Shown here piece by piece: positions 37,268-49,451 of a stretch of DNA of 64,000 nucleotides (positions are counted from its first letter, which is position 1; each line of letters starts with the position of its first letter). The stretch covers positions 717,781 to 781,780 of the forward strand of contig NW_015164186.1 of NCBI RefSeq assembly GCF_001447785.1, read 5' to 3'. The translations under genes and the position numbers were made by a program. The notes under the pieces were generated by a model, which saw only the letters and a list, made by a program, of their open reading frames with translations, did no database searches and was not told the origin of the DNA. This stretch comes from Gekko japonicus (taxonomy: Eukaryota).

Positions 37268-37318
37268 CACAGTTGTGGTGCAGAAGGTTGAGAAGGAAAA
37301 AGGGGAGTCCTAACAATT

Positions 37319-37758
37319 TGTCAGGATCCTGGTTAAATCAGTTCTCAACACCAGTCACTTCGAATAAAGCTAACTTTATTGAGACATTGATAGATACCAT
37401 ACTGGACACGAGCTATTTTTAGGACTGAAGCTGAATGCCGGAAGGTTACAGTGTGTTCAAGTAAAGGCACTAAAGATCAGGACACAATCACCACATGGTA
37501 TTTGCCTGCCAGAATTAACAGTCAACTACCCCACACACACACACTAAGCATGTACCTCTCCCAGAGCATCCCTCCCGCCAAAACTGTTGCTCCCCCTCAG
37601 ACACGTAGCCTCTACATAGCAAGAAAAACAGAATAACAGACATTTGAGAAGCCAGGCCATTTGGCCCCACTAAGGTGACAAGCCTCTGGCACATCAAAGA
37701 GAGAGGAACCTCATCTCTCAAAGGCAGGCGAGCTGTAAAATGCACAGGGAGCCTGAAA
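37319..37758 (-). repeat. 5' LTR of the Gypsy element
   Basis: Direct repeat of 31327-31767. One terminus reads tgaaa instead of tgaca. Confidence 0.95.
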
Positions 37759-39264
37759 TTTAGACCTTGAGGACAACCTTTTAACTCTGAAGACTGGCTC
37801 AAAAGTGCAGCACCCATAGCACAGCTACTTAACAGCTGCTGATGGGAAAGACATTTCTGTAGCCAAGCAAGCCACAGGAGAGAGGAATCAGTCAGTCAGA
37901 GGGCATAATACTGATTTCAATGGACCAGTGCTCCCATTCAGTCTAAGCTGTTTCATGTGTTCCAGAAGGCTGAGAAACTTTATATTAAACAGCTCAGTCT
38001 GATTCTGTTCCACCAAAACCCGTGATTCTCTAAGGACAGAAGTGCTTTTTTGAAGAGCAAACCTCTCTACCTGAAACAAATACAAATTTAATTACATCTT
38101 TTAGTAACAAGCTACTGGGGTTAGGTAACATCTGAAAGGGAACAGCGCCCCCTACTGGAGCTCCATCCATTCCAGGAACACCAGGATTTTCTTTGAGGCT
38201 ATGCTAGCAGACTCCTTAGCAACTTCAGGTGACTGCCCAGAAAGAAACGGCACCAACAATAAATTTTCAGTGCCATAAATTGCACCCCACTTTCTATTCC
38301 TAGCACAGCTTCAGAGTATAACCTAGCTTGCATTTCAAGACGTCATCACTTCTCATTTCAGTAGCATCTTCAGCCTGCTCGACAACAATAGCTCTGTTTG
38401 ATAGATCAATCCATTTGACAGGTGGGAACTGCAGCCCATTCCAGGGGAAACAGCTTATTGTGGATGACAGCCATCCTTGACTGTACCATTTCAAGTAAGC
38501 TACCCTTCCCACTAGATTTGTCATCTGCCTGGAGGAAAAATGACTTATGGCTTTAGTAGCCGCTTAATGAGATATTATTCATCAGGTGATATTTACCTCC
38601 ATTAAAAGCTTCAGCTGCCTCTGGTAAAGAGACGGCATTTTTCTCCAGGCCTATCGGCAACCCTCCTTCTCACTGATACTCTTGTCTCGTATATGCAGGT
38701 ATTTCTGTGCCAGTTTTCTTTACATGAGAATTTTCATGTACAGTACTTAGATGAAAGGACAACATTACCTCTGTATAACGTATACCAGCATTATCCTCCA
38801 TATTGCAGAGATAAATGAAATGAGGTCATTTGCAGTGCAATCCTAAACAGAGTTACACACTTCTAAGGATACAGTAGGCTTAAAAATACATTATTCAGTG
38901 GAGAGAGAGCCGAAGATACTGGCCCCAACCTTCTCCCTGCTCCAAGCCACAACAGAGAAAGAGTGCAGAGTAACAGTGGAACTACATGCTCCATTTAGTT
39001 CCCTGATCATTTCAAAAGAATAGCCCATTTTGAAATGCCCCTGCTGGGGCTGCTTTTTAAAAGGGGAAGAACAGTGGAGGGAACAGAGCATTTTAACCAT
39101 TTCCTCCCCCAGCCGTTTTGTCACCGAAACCCTCCCAAGCCAACTTTTACTACTGCTGGGGGAAAACAGTGGTGAGGAGTAAAAGTTAAAGTGGTGATGT
39201 CATGTTTCAAGGAGAAAATATCAGGGAAGGGAAGGATTAACAAGCTCTTGCTATTCATTAGCCT

Positions 39265-39706
39265 ATTCATTCCCCAAAGGGCATTAAGACCTGCAGACAA
39301 GAATATTCGGGTGGTCCCCGGCCCCGAAGACATCCGGCTGGCCTCGACCAGGGCCAGGGCCTTTTCTATACTGGCCCCAGCCTGCCTGGTGGAACTCTCT
39401 GCCAAATGACATCCATGTCCTGCCCGACTTATTCAAGTTTCATAGTGCACGTAAGGCAGAGATGTTCCACCAGGCCTTTGGTGGAGGCCAGCGATGGTTT
39501 CTTACATCTGCCTGCCATCCCCCCCCCACCCCGGACTGAATGCCATCTTGTTTTTCAATGTTTAAATGTTTTAGAATGTTTTTAATACTGAAAATGTTTA
39601 TGGTTTTAGCTGATTGTATAATGTATTGAATTAATTGTTCTAAATTGCCCTGAGCCCCGCACAAGTGGGGAAGGGCAGTTAAGAAATCTAACTTAATAAA
39701 TAAATA
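39265..39706 (+). mobile_element. L2 3'-end fragment
   Basis: PQRALR...VVPGPEDIRLASTRARAFS matches the other L2 copies. Ends in a taaataaataaataa tail. Confidence 0.8.
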
Positions 39707-40689
39707 AGGTAGGCACTGTAACTACATTTGAAAAAAGGGGGGAATTGCTTCTTCTTGTTTTTTAATGATCATGAGAACGCTGCAGGCAATCCCATGAACA
39801 TAGGCAGCTGCCTTCTATGGACTCAGACCACTGGTCCAGCTAACCCAGTATTTGCTTGCCAGGGTCTCAGGTCTTTTTCAGCATCTGCTGCATGAGATCC
39901 TTTAATGGGGGATTGAACGAGGGACATTCTGCATGCGAAGCACGACTCTGTTGCTGAGCCAGGACTCCTAATCATGAATCACAGACATGCGAACTCCCCA
40001 GGAGACAATTCATAGACTCATACAGGAAAGAAGCAATCCTCATTTGTGACCAAAACCCAATCTATTTCCCCATGTGCAGTGATTTGCTACAGAGATTCAA
40101 GGGCTACCCTAAATCTTTCTTCCACCTGCGCTAAATGTATTGAGCCAAGTTGCTGTGAAATGGATACTGTGTGATGTCTCCTGGGTGAAGTTTTCAAGTG
40201 AATGAAAAGAAGAAATCCTCAGTCTGAGACAAATACTAGCACATGGCTCTCTGCTGCGCAGATGCAGTGCATTAGGTCCATGAGGGAAGGAGGAGAAGGC
40301 GGCCACCACAAGCTAGGTCCCCAAGAGCGTATAGAGACCCCATCATGAGCACTGTCTCCTATCTGCTCCTGGGGATATGATCTCTGGAGGGGGGAGGCCT
40401 GGTTGACTCTGCCTTGTAACTCCAGAAACCATGTCCACAATGCATATGGTCAGGAGGGTAGTATAAGTTACTGGTAATTCCCTACTGTGAGTTGGTAAGG
40501 AGGGTAGACAGAGAGACAGCCTCTGAAATGGGGATGAGAGAGTCTGGATTCATTCCGATCCGTGGTGTGTTCATGCTAAGGTGACCTGGGGCTATCTCCC
40601 CAGTGCCCACGGGGCCATGGCAGCCCCCCGAATGGTGCATTCAGTGGTGTTTACTTCCAAGTAGGTGTGCACTGTGTTAGTCACATGGC

Positions 40690-41001
40690 TATAAAGAGGA
40701 ACACTGAAAAGCAGTCTGATGGTTTAGATAGCTTTAAACGAGGATCAGATAGATGATTCACAGAAGCGAGGTGAGAGAACTCCATCAGTAGCTATTACCT
40801 ATGATGACTAAGTAGAACCTCCACGTTCAGAGCCAGTATACCTCTGAATGCCAGTTGCTGGGAGCAACTGTGTTGGGCAGTGGCTGCCTTCCTCCCCTGC
40901 TGGTTGGCTTCCTGGGAAGAGATTGCTGGCCACTGTGGGAAATAGGGTATTGGGCTAGACTTACCTTTGGTTTGCTCCATCAGAGCTTTTTTCATTCTTA
41001 T
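40690..41001 (+). mobile_element. Old CR1 3'-end fragment
   Basis: Similar to 56895-57225 (+) and ~6620-6890 (-). CR1-type end of ORF2 (FKRG.D.F) and ...ttcttatg tail. Confidence 0.6.
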
Positions 41002-41136
41002 GAAAGGTTCAGGCTTGAGCTCCTTTTTATAGACAATTTTAAGGATACAGTTCAGCAATCCCACAGACGTTTCTCAGTCTTTAAGTATGCTTCTCAGTGA
41101 TTAAATATGAAGGAGATCCATTTAGTCAAAGCTATA

Positions 41137-41486
41137 GGAGCTGCTGTGGCTCAAGTGGTTAAGACACTGAACTGCAGGCTGTGGAAGGTGGGTAGTTCAG
41201 CAGTTCGAGACCCGAGTTCCCGCATGACGGAGTGAGCTCCCGTCTCTAGTTCCAGCTCCTGCCAACCTAGCAGTTCGAAAGCAAGAAATTGCAAGTAGAT
41301 AAATAGGTACCACTTCGGTGGGAAGGTAACAGCGTTCCGTGCTCCTTGGTGTTTAGTCATGCCGGCCACATGACCACGGAAACGTCTTCGGACAGCGCTG
41401 GCTCTTCGGCTTTGAAACGGAGATGAGCACCGCAACCCTAGAGTCGGATTCGACTGGCTTTCGAGCAAGGGAACCTTTACCTTTAC
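41137..41486 (+). mobile_element. Sauria SINE
   Basis: Same family. (ACCTTT)n tail and short TSD ctata(gga). Confidence 0.92.
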
Positions 41487-43522
41487 CTATAGGAAAGACA
41501 CTCCGGGCATTCTTAAAGGTCTCTTTCATAACTCAGCCTTAGCGTTCGAACCTAATTGGGAGGGGGGCTAAGTGCTGGTGAAATCTTGGCACTGATAGAG
41601 CAATTCATTCCAGAGACTTATTTCAGAAGGGTAATCATGTTAGATTGTCTGTAGCAAAACCAAAAGGGAACCTTATAACACTTTAGATATTAACAGATTT
41701 ATTGTAGTTTAAGCATCCGTGTAGTTAAGCATCAGATGCATGAACTGACTTCTCAGTCAGCAGACATAGATGTACACATGGAAAACAATCATGAACATTG
41801 GTGTTAAAACAAAATGCAAGTGGCATGATTTGTGACATTTCTATGCAAAACTCAGAAGTACAACATAAGCACAGAGATGACTCACAACAGCCATAACTGT
41901 TTAAATCCTGGTTAATACAATTGAATCTACTTTTAAATCCTAATAAGCCATTATTTATTCATCAATTATCTATTACCTATGCTACAACTTATTTCGTAGG
42001 GAAGGAGCACCGTTACAGCAGCCATTAAAATGCAATCTGCCATGACATTCCAATTTCTTGTAATAAATTCCTCAGTTGTATATATTCTTTTTTTTTTTTT
42101 TTAAAGCACAGATGCAAGGGAAACAGAAGACCTGGTCAGGATCAGGCACAATACCTTACAGTCGTGTGCCTTTTGATCTGCTAGGCTCCGCCCTTCAACC
42201 TAAGCAGACAAAAGGCCAATCTGGTTCTTGCTTTCCAGGGCTGTTTTAACTTCTGCTTCACACCAAAGCATCAGTCCATCACCTCCAACTGTCCTACTGT
42301 TGCATACAGTTGCTGGTTCTCAGCCAGGACAGTAGCAGTCTGCTCTTGGGGACTCAGAGGTCACACAGCTTGGGATTTCATCCATCATCTCCCAGAAGGA
42401 AGGCTGCGTCAGAGGAGGAGATTGGCAGGATCTTAATCATCTATCAGGTTGAGCCTGCATTGGGATATCCAACAACTGCCTCTCAAGCGGCCGATGTGGG
42501 GTGAAGGACAGTAGAAGACAAGTGCCACGGCATGCCAAATAAACAGCAGGAGACACGGTGGCTGTATAAATGAAATGTATTCTAAAAACTAAGTCCACAC
42601 AAGCTTGGGATGCAAGAAGGTGGGCGAGAGAGAAAGAGCCCGACACGGACGTCAGCTCAAACGGGCAAGGGGAGGGACAGCGAAGGAAACATAAGAGGTG
42701 AAATGCAATGGGCACATGCCACCTTGGCAGACACAGTGGGAAGGGTGACAACAAACACCTAAAATGGGCAGGGGATGGGGGGGGGCAGACAGCCCATGTC
42801 CCATGTGCAGCGAGCACCCCTAGTAAGAGATGTGCAGGACCTTCCTACCACAGCTAAGTGTCGCAGAGGACCTGGTCACAGGGGGTCATGCTCTTGAGGT
42901 GGCTGCTGCTTCCGGAGATGGACCTGGTGGCCAGTCAGCTCACTGTGCACCTCCTGCAGGTCAAGGCCGAGGAGTGGGAGGGTGCACTGCGTGTTGTGAG
43001 CCAGGCTCATGGGCTATAAGGTCTGACGTCCAGCTCTGGGGAGGAGAAAGTGTTAGATCACCAAATGAAACGACATGCGACACAGTCCACCCAAGGTGGG
43101 GTGCCAGAAAAATGCAGTAGGGCCAGCCAAGGGGCACATCCCAACCCACCAGAAGCACTGGTGGAAAGCAGTACCACTGGGCCTCGGCTAGCTAGATTAG
43201 AAGAGAGAAAGGGGCATTCCCCCCCCCCCGGTTACAACCATTGGCGGGCTACGATGTTACCATATTGAACAGAGGCACAATCTAAATATGACTGCTTAAC
43301 TGCACAGTTGTACAAGCAAACAGGGAACTATAGAGTCTCAACATGTGGACAAGGCATGTTGGTGCTTTGTAGCAACATGTGCCACGGAACCGCTACTGGG
43401 CACTCAGCCTTTGCCAGCAGTGACACTGGCAGGAAGGCTTTGGTGAAGGCACAATTGCCGGCTAGCAGCCTGCCCATCCATGAAAGGAGACACCCACAGC
43501 TATCAGCCTATCCCCCACTCAC

Positions 43523-44887
43523 TCAAATTGGCCAGGTGCAAATGGGACGAACTATGTCTCCAGTGGCGCTGGATGCCTCCTCTTCTCGGCTTGGCTTCCT
43601 TGGCGTGGGCTGGGGGAGAAGCTGCAGGTGGCTGGTCGGCTGATGGAGAACTAAATGGCTGTTCCATGGCCAGGCTGGCCCCATCAGATTCTGCTCCATC
43701 CTCTCCAGTGTGAGCTGACGATGAGAGCTCTTCAGAGTCAGTGACGGTCTTCTCAGACCCTGCCTGGTGATCAGAGAGTCTGGGTTCGTCCCGGTCCTGA
43801 GGCACGGTCTCATCCTGAACTTGCGCCAGACCAATGCGACGGAGGAGTACACGGGGTTGCATGGGGATTAGGTTTTCAGCCCCTGACTGGGAACCCGGGT
43901 GTCTGGGTTCATCCCTGTCCTCAGATGCGGTTTCACCCTGATCCAGACAGACGCGACGGAGGAGTACACGAGGTTGCTTGGGGTTTAGCTCTTCAGCGCA
44001 AGACCGGTTCTCTCGGTGTCTGGGTTCATCCCCGTCCTTGGGGGCCGTCCTGCACTGATCCAGGCAGACACGGCGGAGGACTACACGGGGTTGCATGGGG
44101 GTTACTTCCTCGGTGCACAACTGGTGATCACAGGGCCTGGGTTCGTCCCAATCCCCGAGTGCTGTTCTGCACCGATCTTGCACCAGAGAGAGGCGATGGA
44201 GGAGCACCCGGGGTTGCATGGGCATGAGCATCTCAGTTTGCGACTGGTCCTCAGGGGGTCTGGGCTCACCCCAGCCCCGAGATGCTATCTCACGCCAGTC
44301 TTGTGCCAGACAGATGCGGCGGAGGAGTACACAGGGTTGCATGGGGGTGGGTTCCTCAGTACATAACTGGTGAGCATGGGGTCTGGGTTCATCCCAGTCC
44401 TGAGGTGCGGTCTCACACCCATCCTGTGCCAGACAGATGCGATGGAGGTGTACACGGGGCTGCATGCTGGAGGGCCCTGGCGTTACCCTCTCTGTGAAGA
44501 CACTGTTCACCTGACTGGCACCCACTCCGGGGATCTTTGCCTTTGCAATGCTGCTATTCTCACTGCCGCGGACGTCGCTGGCACGCAAAGCTGCGGAGCG
44601 ATGGCGCTTGCAGCGATGGGAAGACTGCAGGTGATGTTGTGGGCCTGGGGGTATGGGCGCCATCTCGTTCCAAGAGCAGCAATCCCAGTACTTTTGATGG
44701 ATGCGGTGGAGGACCACACAAGGCAGTCCAGGGCAGTTCCCCCCACTGGCACTCCCTGCAGGGTTCTGTGCCGTGGCAATATGTCTGTCCTCACAATCAC
44801 AAGTGTCAGTGGTAGGCAATATTGTCAGACATTGGTGGTGAGGCTGGAGGTGATGTGGTGGTCTTGCAGGCACAGATGCTGCTGGAG
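43523..44887 (-). CDS. FAM178B: Large symmetric (phase 1-1, 1365 nt) exon, probably FAM178B N-terminal extension, with PxVxL tandem repeats
   Basis: Stop-free for 455 codons. Branch point ctaac plus gtcccttttcccatgcag| acceptor, and ttga|gtgagt donor. Phase matches the 18653 acceptor. No TE domain motifs. Confidence 0.65.
43765..44465 (-). repeat. Coding tandem repeat, ~6 units of 123/117 bp (41/39 aa)
   Basis: Unit starts (M/K)QPxVxL at 44465, 44342, 44219, 44096, 43979 and 43862 (periods 123, 123, 123, 117, 117). Confidence 0.92.
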
Positions 44888-47800
44888 CTGCATGGGAAAA
44901 GGGACGTTAGCAGTATTGATAACGGGGCTGCTTATTATGGGTTTTCATCCCAGCTGTGGGCCAACATCCAAATCTGCCATACCTTACAAGCATTTGTAAC
45001 AAACGGCCTGCCATCGGGAGCAGATGCCACGGCTGGTCCCTGCAGGATGTGTGTCCATTATTCCACACAGGCTTTGCGTTCTACTCCGGCAGACATGTGG
45101 GCACAAAAACAGCAAGTAGCTGTTCCTGGTCCTGCCTGCAAGTGGAACTTCAGGAGGGGAATTTCTTAGAGGCTCTGACCCATGCCGATTAAGCCGACTG
45201 CATTTCTGTTTGTGAGGGCCAGACATACACAGAGAGAGTGGCCATGTGTGATGCCACACTGAAAGCGTGACCGCATAATAGCAAAAATATCAAACACTGG
45301 CATTGTTGCCATTTAGATGACTGGAGAATGGAGGCACACATGACTTCCCTTCCAGTATTTCGTGGAAATATGACATTTGCTACCATTCCAATGGGATCCT
45401 TTGCTGGAGATGCAGTGTGCCACCCTGCCCGTTCTCAGGGCAAAGGATGTGGGACATCCATGGCTGGCTTCCTCTCGTAGCCTTCCTTCTCAGTGGGCTG
45501 TTTGCCACAACAGTGGCTGGCCACGGCTGCTTCCACAGGGTTTTGTTTTTCCTTGCATGGAAAGCAGAAAGCCCCTGGATTAAAGGGGGAAATCTATAAA
45601 ACCATGCTCATTCCTAGCACGATGTGGCATTCTCAGGAATTTCCCCTTTACGACATTTCTAGAAACAAACCTGCTTTTCTCCAGTTTGAAGGGGAATCTT
45701 CTGAGTGGCCAAAGGGGAGAGCCCACATTGGATGCCCCCTCTGTCTCCGCTACTGGGGGGGGGGGATTAATTTCTGCTTTCCCAATGGGACAAGGCAACC
45801 TAAAGTGAGGGAAAGGGGTGTGTGGATGCTGTGCCCACTTTTGCTGTCTGCTGCTGTCATGGCAGGGGCACATTTTCGTGCCTCATGGGGAAGTAGCCCA
45901 TGTCTGCCTGTGTGCTTAGAGAGACAGTTCCTTTAATGCCCTGTGAGGCTGCACATCAGGCCTGTAGCCAGGATTTTGTGGCTTGTGGGGAAAAATTTTT
46001 TCTCGTGGGGCTGAAGTTCTCAGTGCAGAAAGAAAAGCCATGTAGCCAACAGAAAGCTGTTACCAGGATAGATCTCTAAATTGCAAGCTGTCAACCACTT
46101 CAGATGACAGTTCTCAGTTGCTGCAAGTTAATAATTTCTGGCAGCCTAAGCAACAATTCTGATACAAGCTGGTAGACAGGGGTGATGACTTCTATAGTCA
46201 AGAAAGCTAACACTTAGGCAGAAAAACTCTCTTAAAGGAGATCAGTTTCTTGAAACAGAATTAGAAGGGATCCTAGGGGTCACCTACTCTAACCCCCTTG
46301 ATCAGTGCAGAAATTAGTCAACTACAGCACCCCACTCTGTTAAAGGAGTGCACACCTTTTAAAAAGTCTTTTAAAATGACTGAAAAAAGCATTTACAGGA
46401 GAAATTCTTGTGGGGCTGTGCCTTTAAGAAAGAAGGTGGAGCCCCCAGCTACGGGCCTGCCACACATGCTTCTCCAGCTAAAAGGCTGTTTATGTGCAGC
46501 AGGTGCCTTGTTTTTCTGCTTTCTTCAGTGTTTGGACAATCAGAGGACCTGACCCCTAACCGTGAGGAACTGCTGCCCATCTAACCACTGAGCTATAGTA
46601 CTGACTGACCATTGCAACTAGAATTGCAGCTCTTCCTTCCCTGCATGGCCTTGGCATGGCCTTTCCTCAGCAAAAGAGTACTTGACGGCATGCTGCTGCC
46701 GTTTGGGCAGCCAAGGGATTTTACAAAGCCCTCCCTGATAGGAGATGTATTGCTTACTGATGCTGCCCTCTGACCTGTGGTGCTAGCTGTGCTGGCAGAG
46801 GTGTCCTGGGCTCTTCCTGGAAGTGTGTGTGGAACAGATTGTCATCAGTGTTCCTGTCATCGTAACACACTGATTGGTGCTGTCTGTGCACAATCAGTAT
46901 GGCAGTACTGATGAAAGCAGCGATGTTGTGACTGGTGGCCAGCAAAGGAGTTGCTACAGGTTCACCCTTTGTTGCTGCTTTGGTTGTTGTTACCAACTCT
47001 ATTGCTATGCCTTGGCGTTGCTGCTCAGAGAGCATACAATTCCACCTAGCTGCCAAGGCACAGAGCTGTTTTAGCTGGACCATCGGATTACCCTACCAGA
47101 CATCATGTAGACAGGCTTCCTTCTGTGCGATCAAAGTCATGGGGAATGGTTTAGATTATTACCTGCTCTGCGGGCCGATGAGCTTTTGCAGCTTTTCACT
47201 CTGCCAGTTCCTGAGAGCTTGCCATGCTGTGAAGATAAAAGTCAAAGGTTAGAGGCCTAGCTTGGAAGACAGTTCAATAAGCATCTCTGCTTCCCCAGTC
47301 TAGGGCCCCTTGAGGATTGCCTGCTCCAGCCGTGTGTGAGCAGGTCAGTTCTCTGTGGCTGGGACAGATGCAGCATTAGACTCAGATGTTAAGGACTGAT
47401 TCTAGACTGTCAGGCCTCAGTACATGCTCTGTATCTGACCTAACAGTTCTGGGCAACATTTTTTCTGCTTGTCACAACTTTGGGCAAGGGATCCCAGGTT
47501 GTTTACTTTGGAGAACCTCCCAAAACTAATACTGAGAAATATTCAAAGTAAAAAAGCAGCTAAAAACAGCTTGAGTCAGGTAGAGATGCCAAACTCATTT
47601 TATTGTGATATTGTCCTAGAAACTGGAGATTATTGTAATCTGGTATTGTAAAGCATTAGCATTGAGGTGTGCTAGTATTTATTGAGATTTCTATTATTGG
47701 GGCTAGATCTCTTGCTTGAGCAACCAGTGGAGAATTTATCTTGTGGATTTTTTTTTGTTGTTGTTTGGGGGGGGATAATCTGTTGGGTTGAGAGAAACCA

Positions 47801-48217
47801 GCGGAGAATTTATCTTATAGAATTTTGGTGGGTGGTTTTTTTTTGAGAATACTGTGCTCTTGGGCTGAGGAATTTGTAATCAGAAGTTCAAAATGAATGA
47901 AGTTTGTTGCCTTAAAATCGTCATTGTTGCCTGGCTGGAAATAAAGTATTAAATAATATTTAGATTGTGTCTCGTTTCCTTCACATGAGACTTTGCTTCT
48001 TTTGCTGTGAGGATAAAAGATACTTGTAACTCAAAAGTAAACTGACAGTTAACAGCAGGAACAATAGCTCAGTGACAGACTACTGGCATCTCCAGTTCAA
48101 AGGAGTCGAGGTAGCAGTGCTGCTTGAGGTCACTGGAGAGCCACTGTCATCCAAAGTGAACAATAGTAAGCTAGAAAGACTCAAGATCAGACTCAGTATA
48201 CTCATGTAAGAGGAGCC

Positions 48218-48375
48218 CTGACCTGGATAGCCCAGGCAAGCCCAATCTCGTCAGATCTCAGAAGCTAAGCAAGGTCAGGCTAGTATTTGGAAGGGTGACC
48301 TCCGAGGAATACAAGGGCCGGGATGCACAGGCAGGCAATGGCAAAACACCTCTAAAACATCTCTTGCCTCCAAAA
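48218..48375 (+). mobile_element. 5S rRNA-derived SINE
   Basis: cccaatctcgtcagatctcagaagctaagc...tagtatttggaagggtgacc is 5S-like, then ggcaatggcaaa as in the 5.1-kb copy. Confidence 0.7.
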
Positions 48376-49109
48376 CAAGTCTAGCTCGCTACCTAGTGGT
48401 GCATAACGCTACAAGAGCTAGAACTTCTGAAAGACAAATAATCTTAGGATTTCCTGGCTATTCTACACACAATGCCATATGATAATTATTATTTGTGTAA
48501 GAGGTGTCACAGAATCAAAATTAGAGATTTTGCACCCCGCTCTGTACAGTCACCCTCCGGCTTGCCCCTGGTTTCAGCATACAGCAGGTACGAGTGACAA
48601 GAAGATTCTAAGAGGCCAGAAGCAGGGCTGAAAGTTGAGAAGTGGAAAACAACAGTTGGAGGGGGAGAGATGGAGGAGAAAAGGGCCATTTCCATATAGG
48701 TTATTTGCCCTGATGCCACAGTGGAAAGCAAGGCTTTTTTCCTGCTTCCCAACAGCATCATGGCGCATTCGTCTACATCCTGAGTTTTCTCTGGCTGGCT
48801 GCTGTGGAGGTAGGAAACTTCAGATCTTCCTAGTCTTGCCCACACAGCAGCCATTTTCCTTACAGCAGCCATTTCTTCCCCCTGCCATGAAGGCTTTTAA
48901 AAATCAGGAACTGAATCCCATTACAGCAATATAACGTCTGAATTTCCAAGCTTTCATTTCATTAAAAGGTAAGTTGTTAGCCCCATTTGTTTAGGAGATA
49001 GAAGGGGAAAGACGTACCTCCTCACCAAAGCAGCTAGAGACTTCCTTTAAAAAAAAAAATGAAATTTGGGCATTCAGAAAATCTGTTTCACATATTGTTA
49101 TACCATTAC

Positions 49110-49179
49110 CTGGTATATATAAAAGCCCTGGCATATTGGCACTTTCCAGTTCTCCCACTGGCTGTGCTGTATGCTCCAT
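49110..49179 (-). CDS. Candidate alternative first coding exon
   Basis: ATG-initiated MEHTAQPVGELESANMPGLLYIP ends at cag|gtaatg in phase 1, compatible with the 44887 acceptor. A palindromic X-box lies ~260 bp upstream. Confidence 0.35.
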
Positions 49180-49438
49180 CAGCCATTAGCCCATCAACCG
49201 CCGCTCAAGAGTACTCGCGTGCCATTGGCTGGGTGCTGGGTCCGCTCCTCTCCTTTACGCACTGTCAGCTTGGCTACTCTTTCAACTCAGAATAACTGCC
49301 AAAATGGCTGTCTCTCCTGACAAAGACGCTTCTACTGCTTGGCTCCTCCGTGGCTTGCTGGTTACTGAGGTGGGCCAGCAGCCGTCAAACCATTCTCTTC
49401 TCCTCTTGCTGTGCGGCTCACTTTAACCCTCAGTGGCT

Positions 49439-49451
49439 GTTGCCAGGCAAC
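49439..49451. promoter_or_regulatory. Palindromic RFX X-box
   Basis: gttgccaggcaac, a near-perfect GTTGCC-n-GGCAAC palindrome in non-repeat sequence upstream of a candidate exon. Confidence 0.5.

Larger units (their letters stand above)
31327..37758 (-). mobile_element. Full-length degenerate Ty3/Gypsy chromovirus (sushi/Tf1-like) LTR retrotransposon
   Basis: Two ~440-bp LTRs (31327-31767, 37319-37758), 5-bp TSD tttag (31322-31326, 37759-37763), and a PPT next to 31768. Domain order is gag, PR (LIDSGC), RT (YLDD), RNase H (DASNGAMGGVILQ), IN (GHFG; HPETDGQTER; GPF) and chromodomain. Many stops and frameshifts. Confidence 0.96.

Noticed and set aside
38323-38528. Possible phase 2-1 exon (ORF 38300-38524)
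   Set aside because: Incoming phase does not match the 43523 donor, the donor is weak, and there is no recognisable homology.
43765-44465. Regularly spaced repeats as a CRISPR-like array
   Set aside because: Eukaryotic context, whole units are homologous with no unique spacers, and periods are multiples of 3 in an open frame.
48218-48315. 5S rRNA-like sequence (also ~5150-5240)
   Set aside because: Diverged and fused to a non-5S body, so a SINE head and not an rRNA gene.
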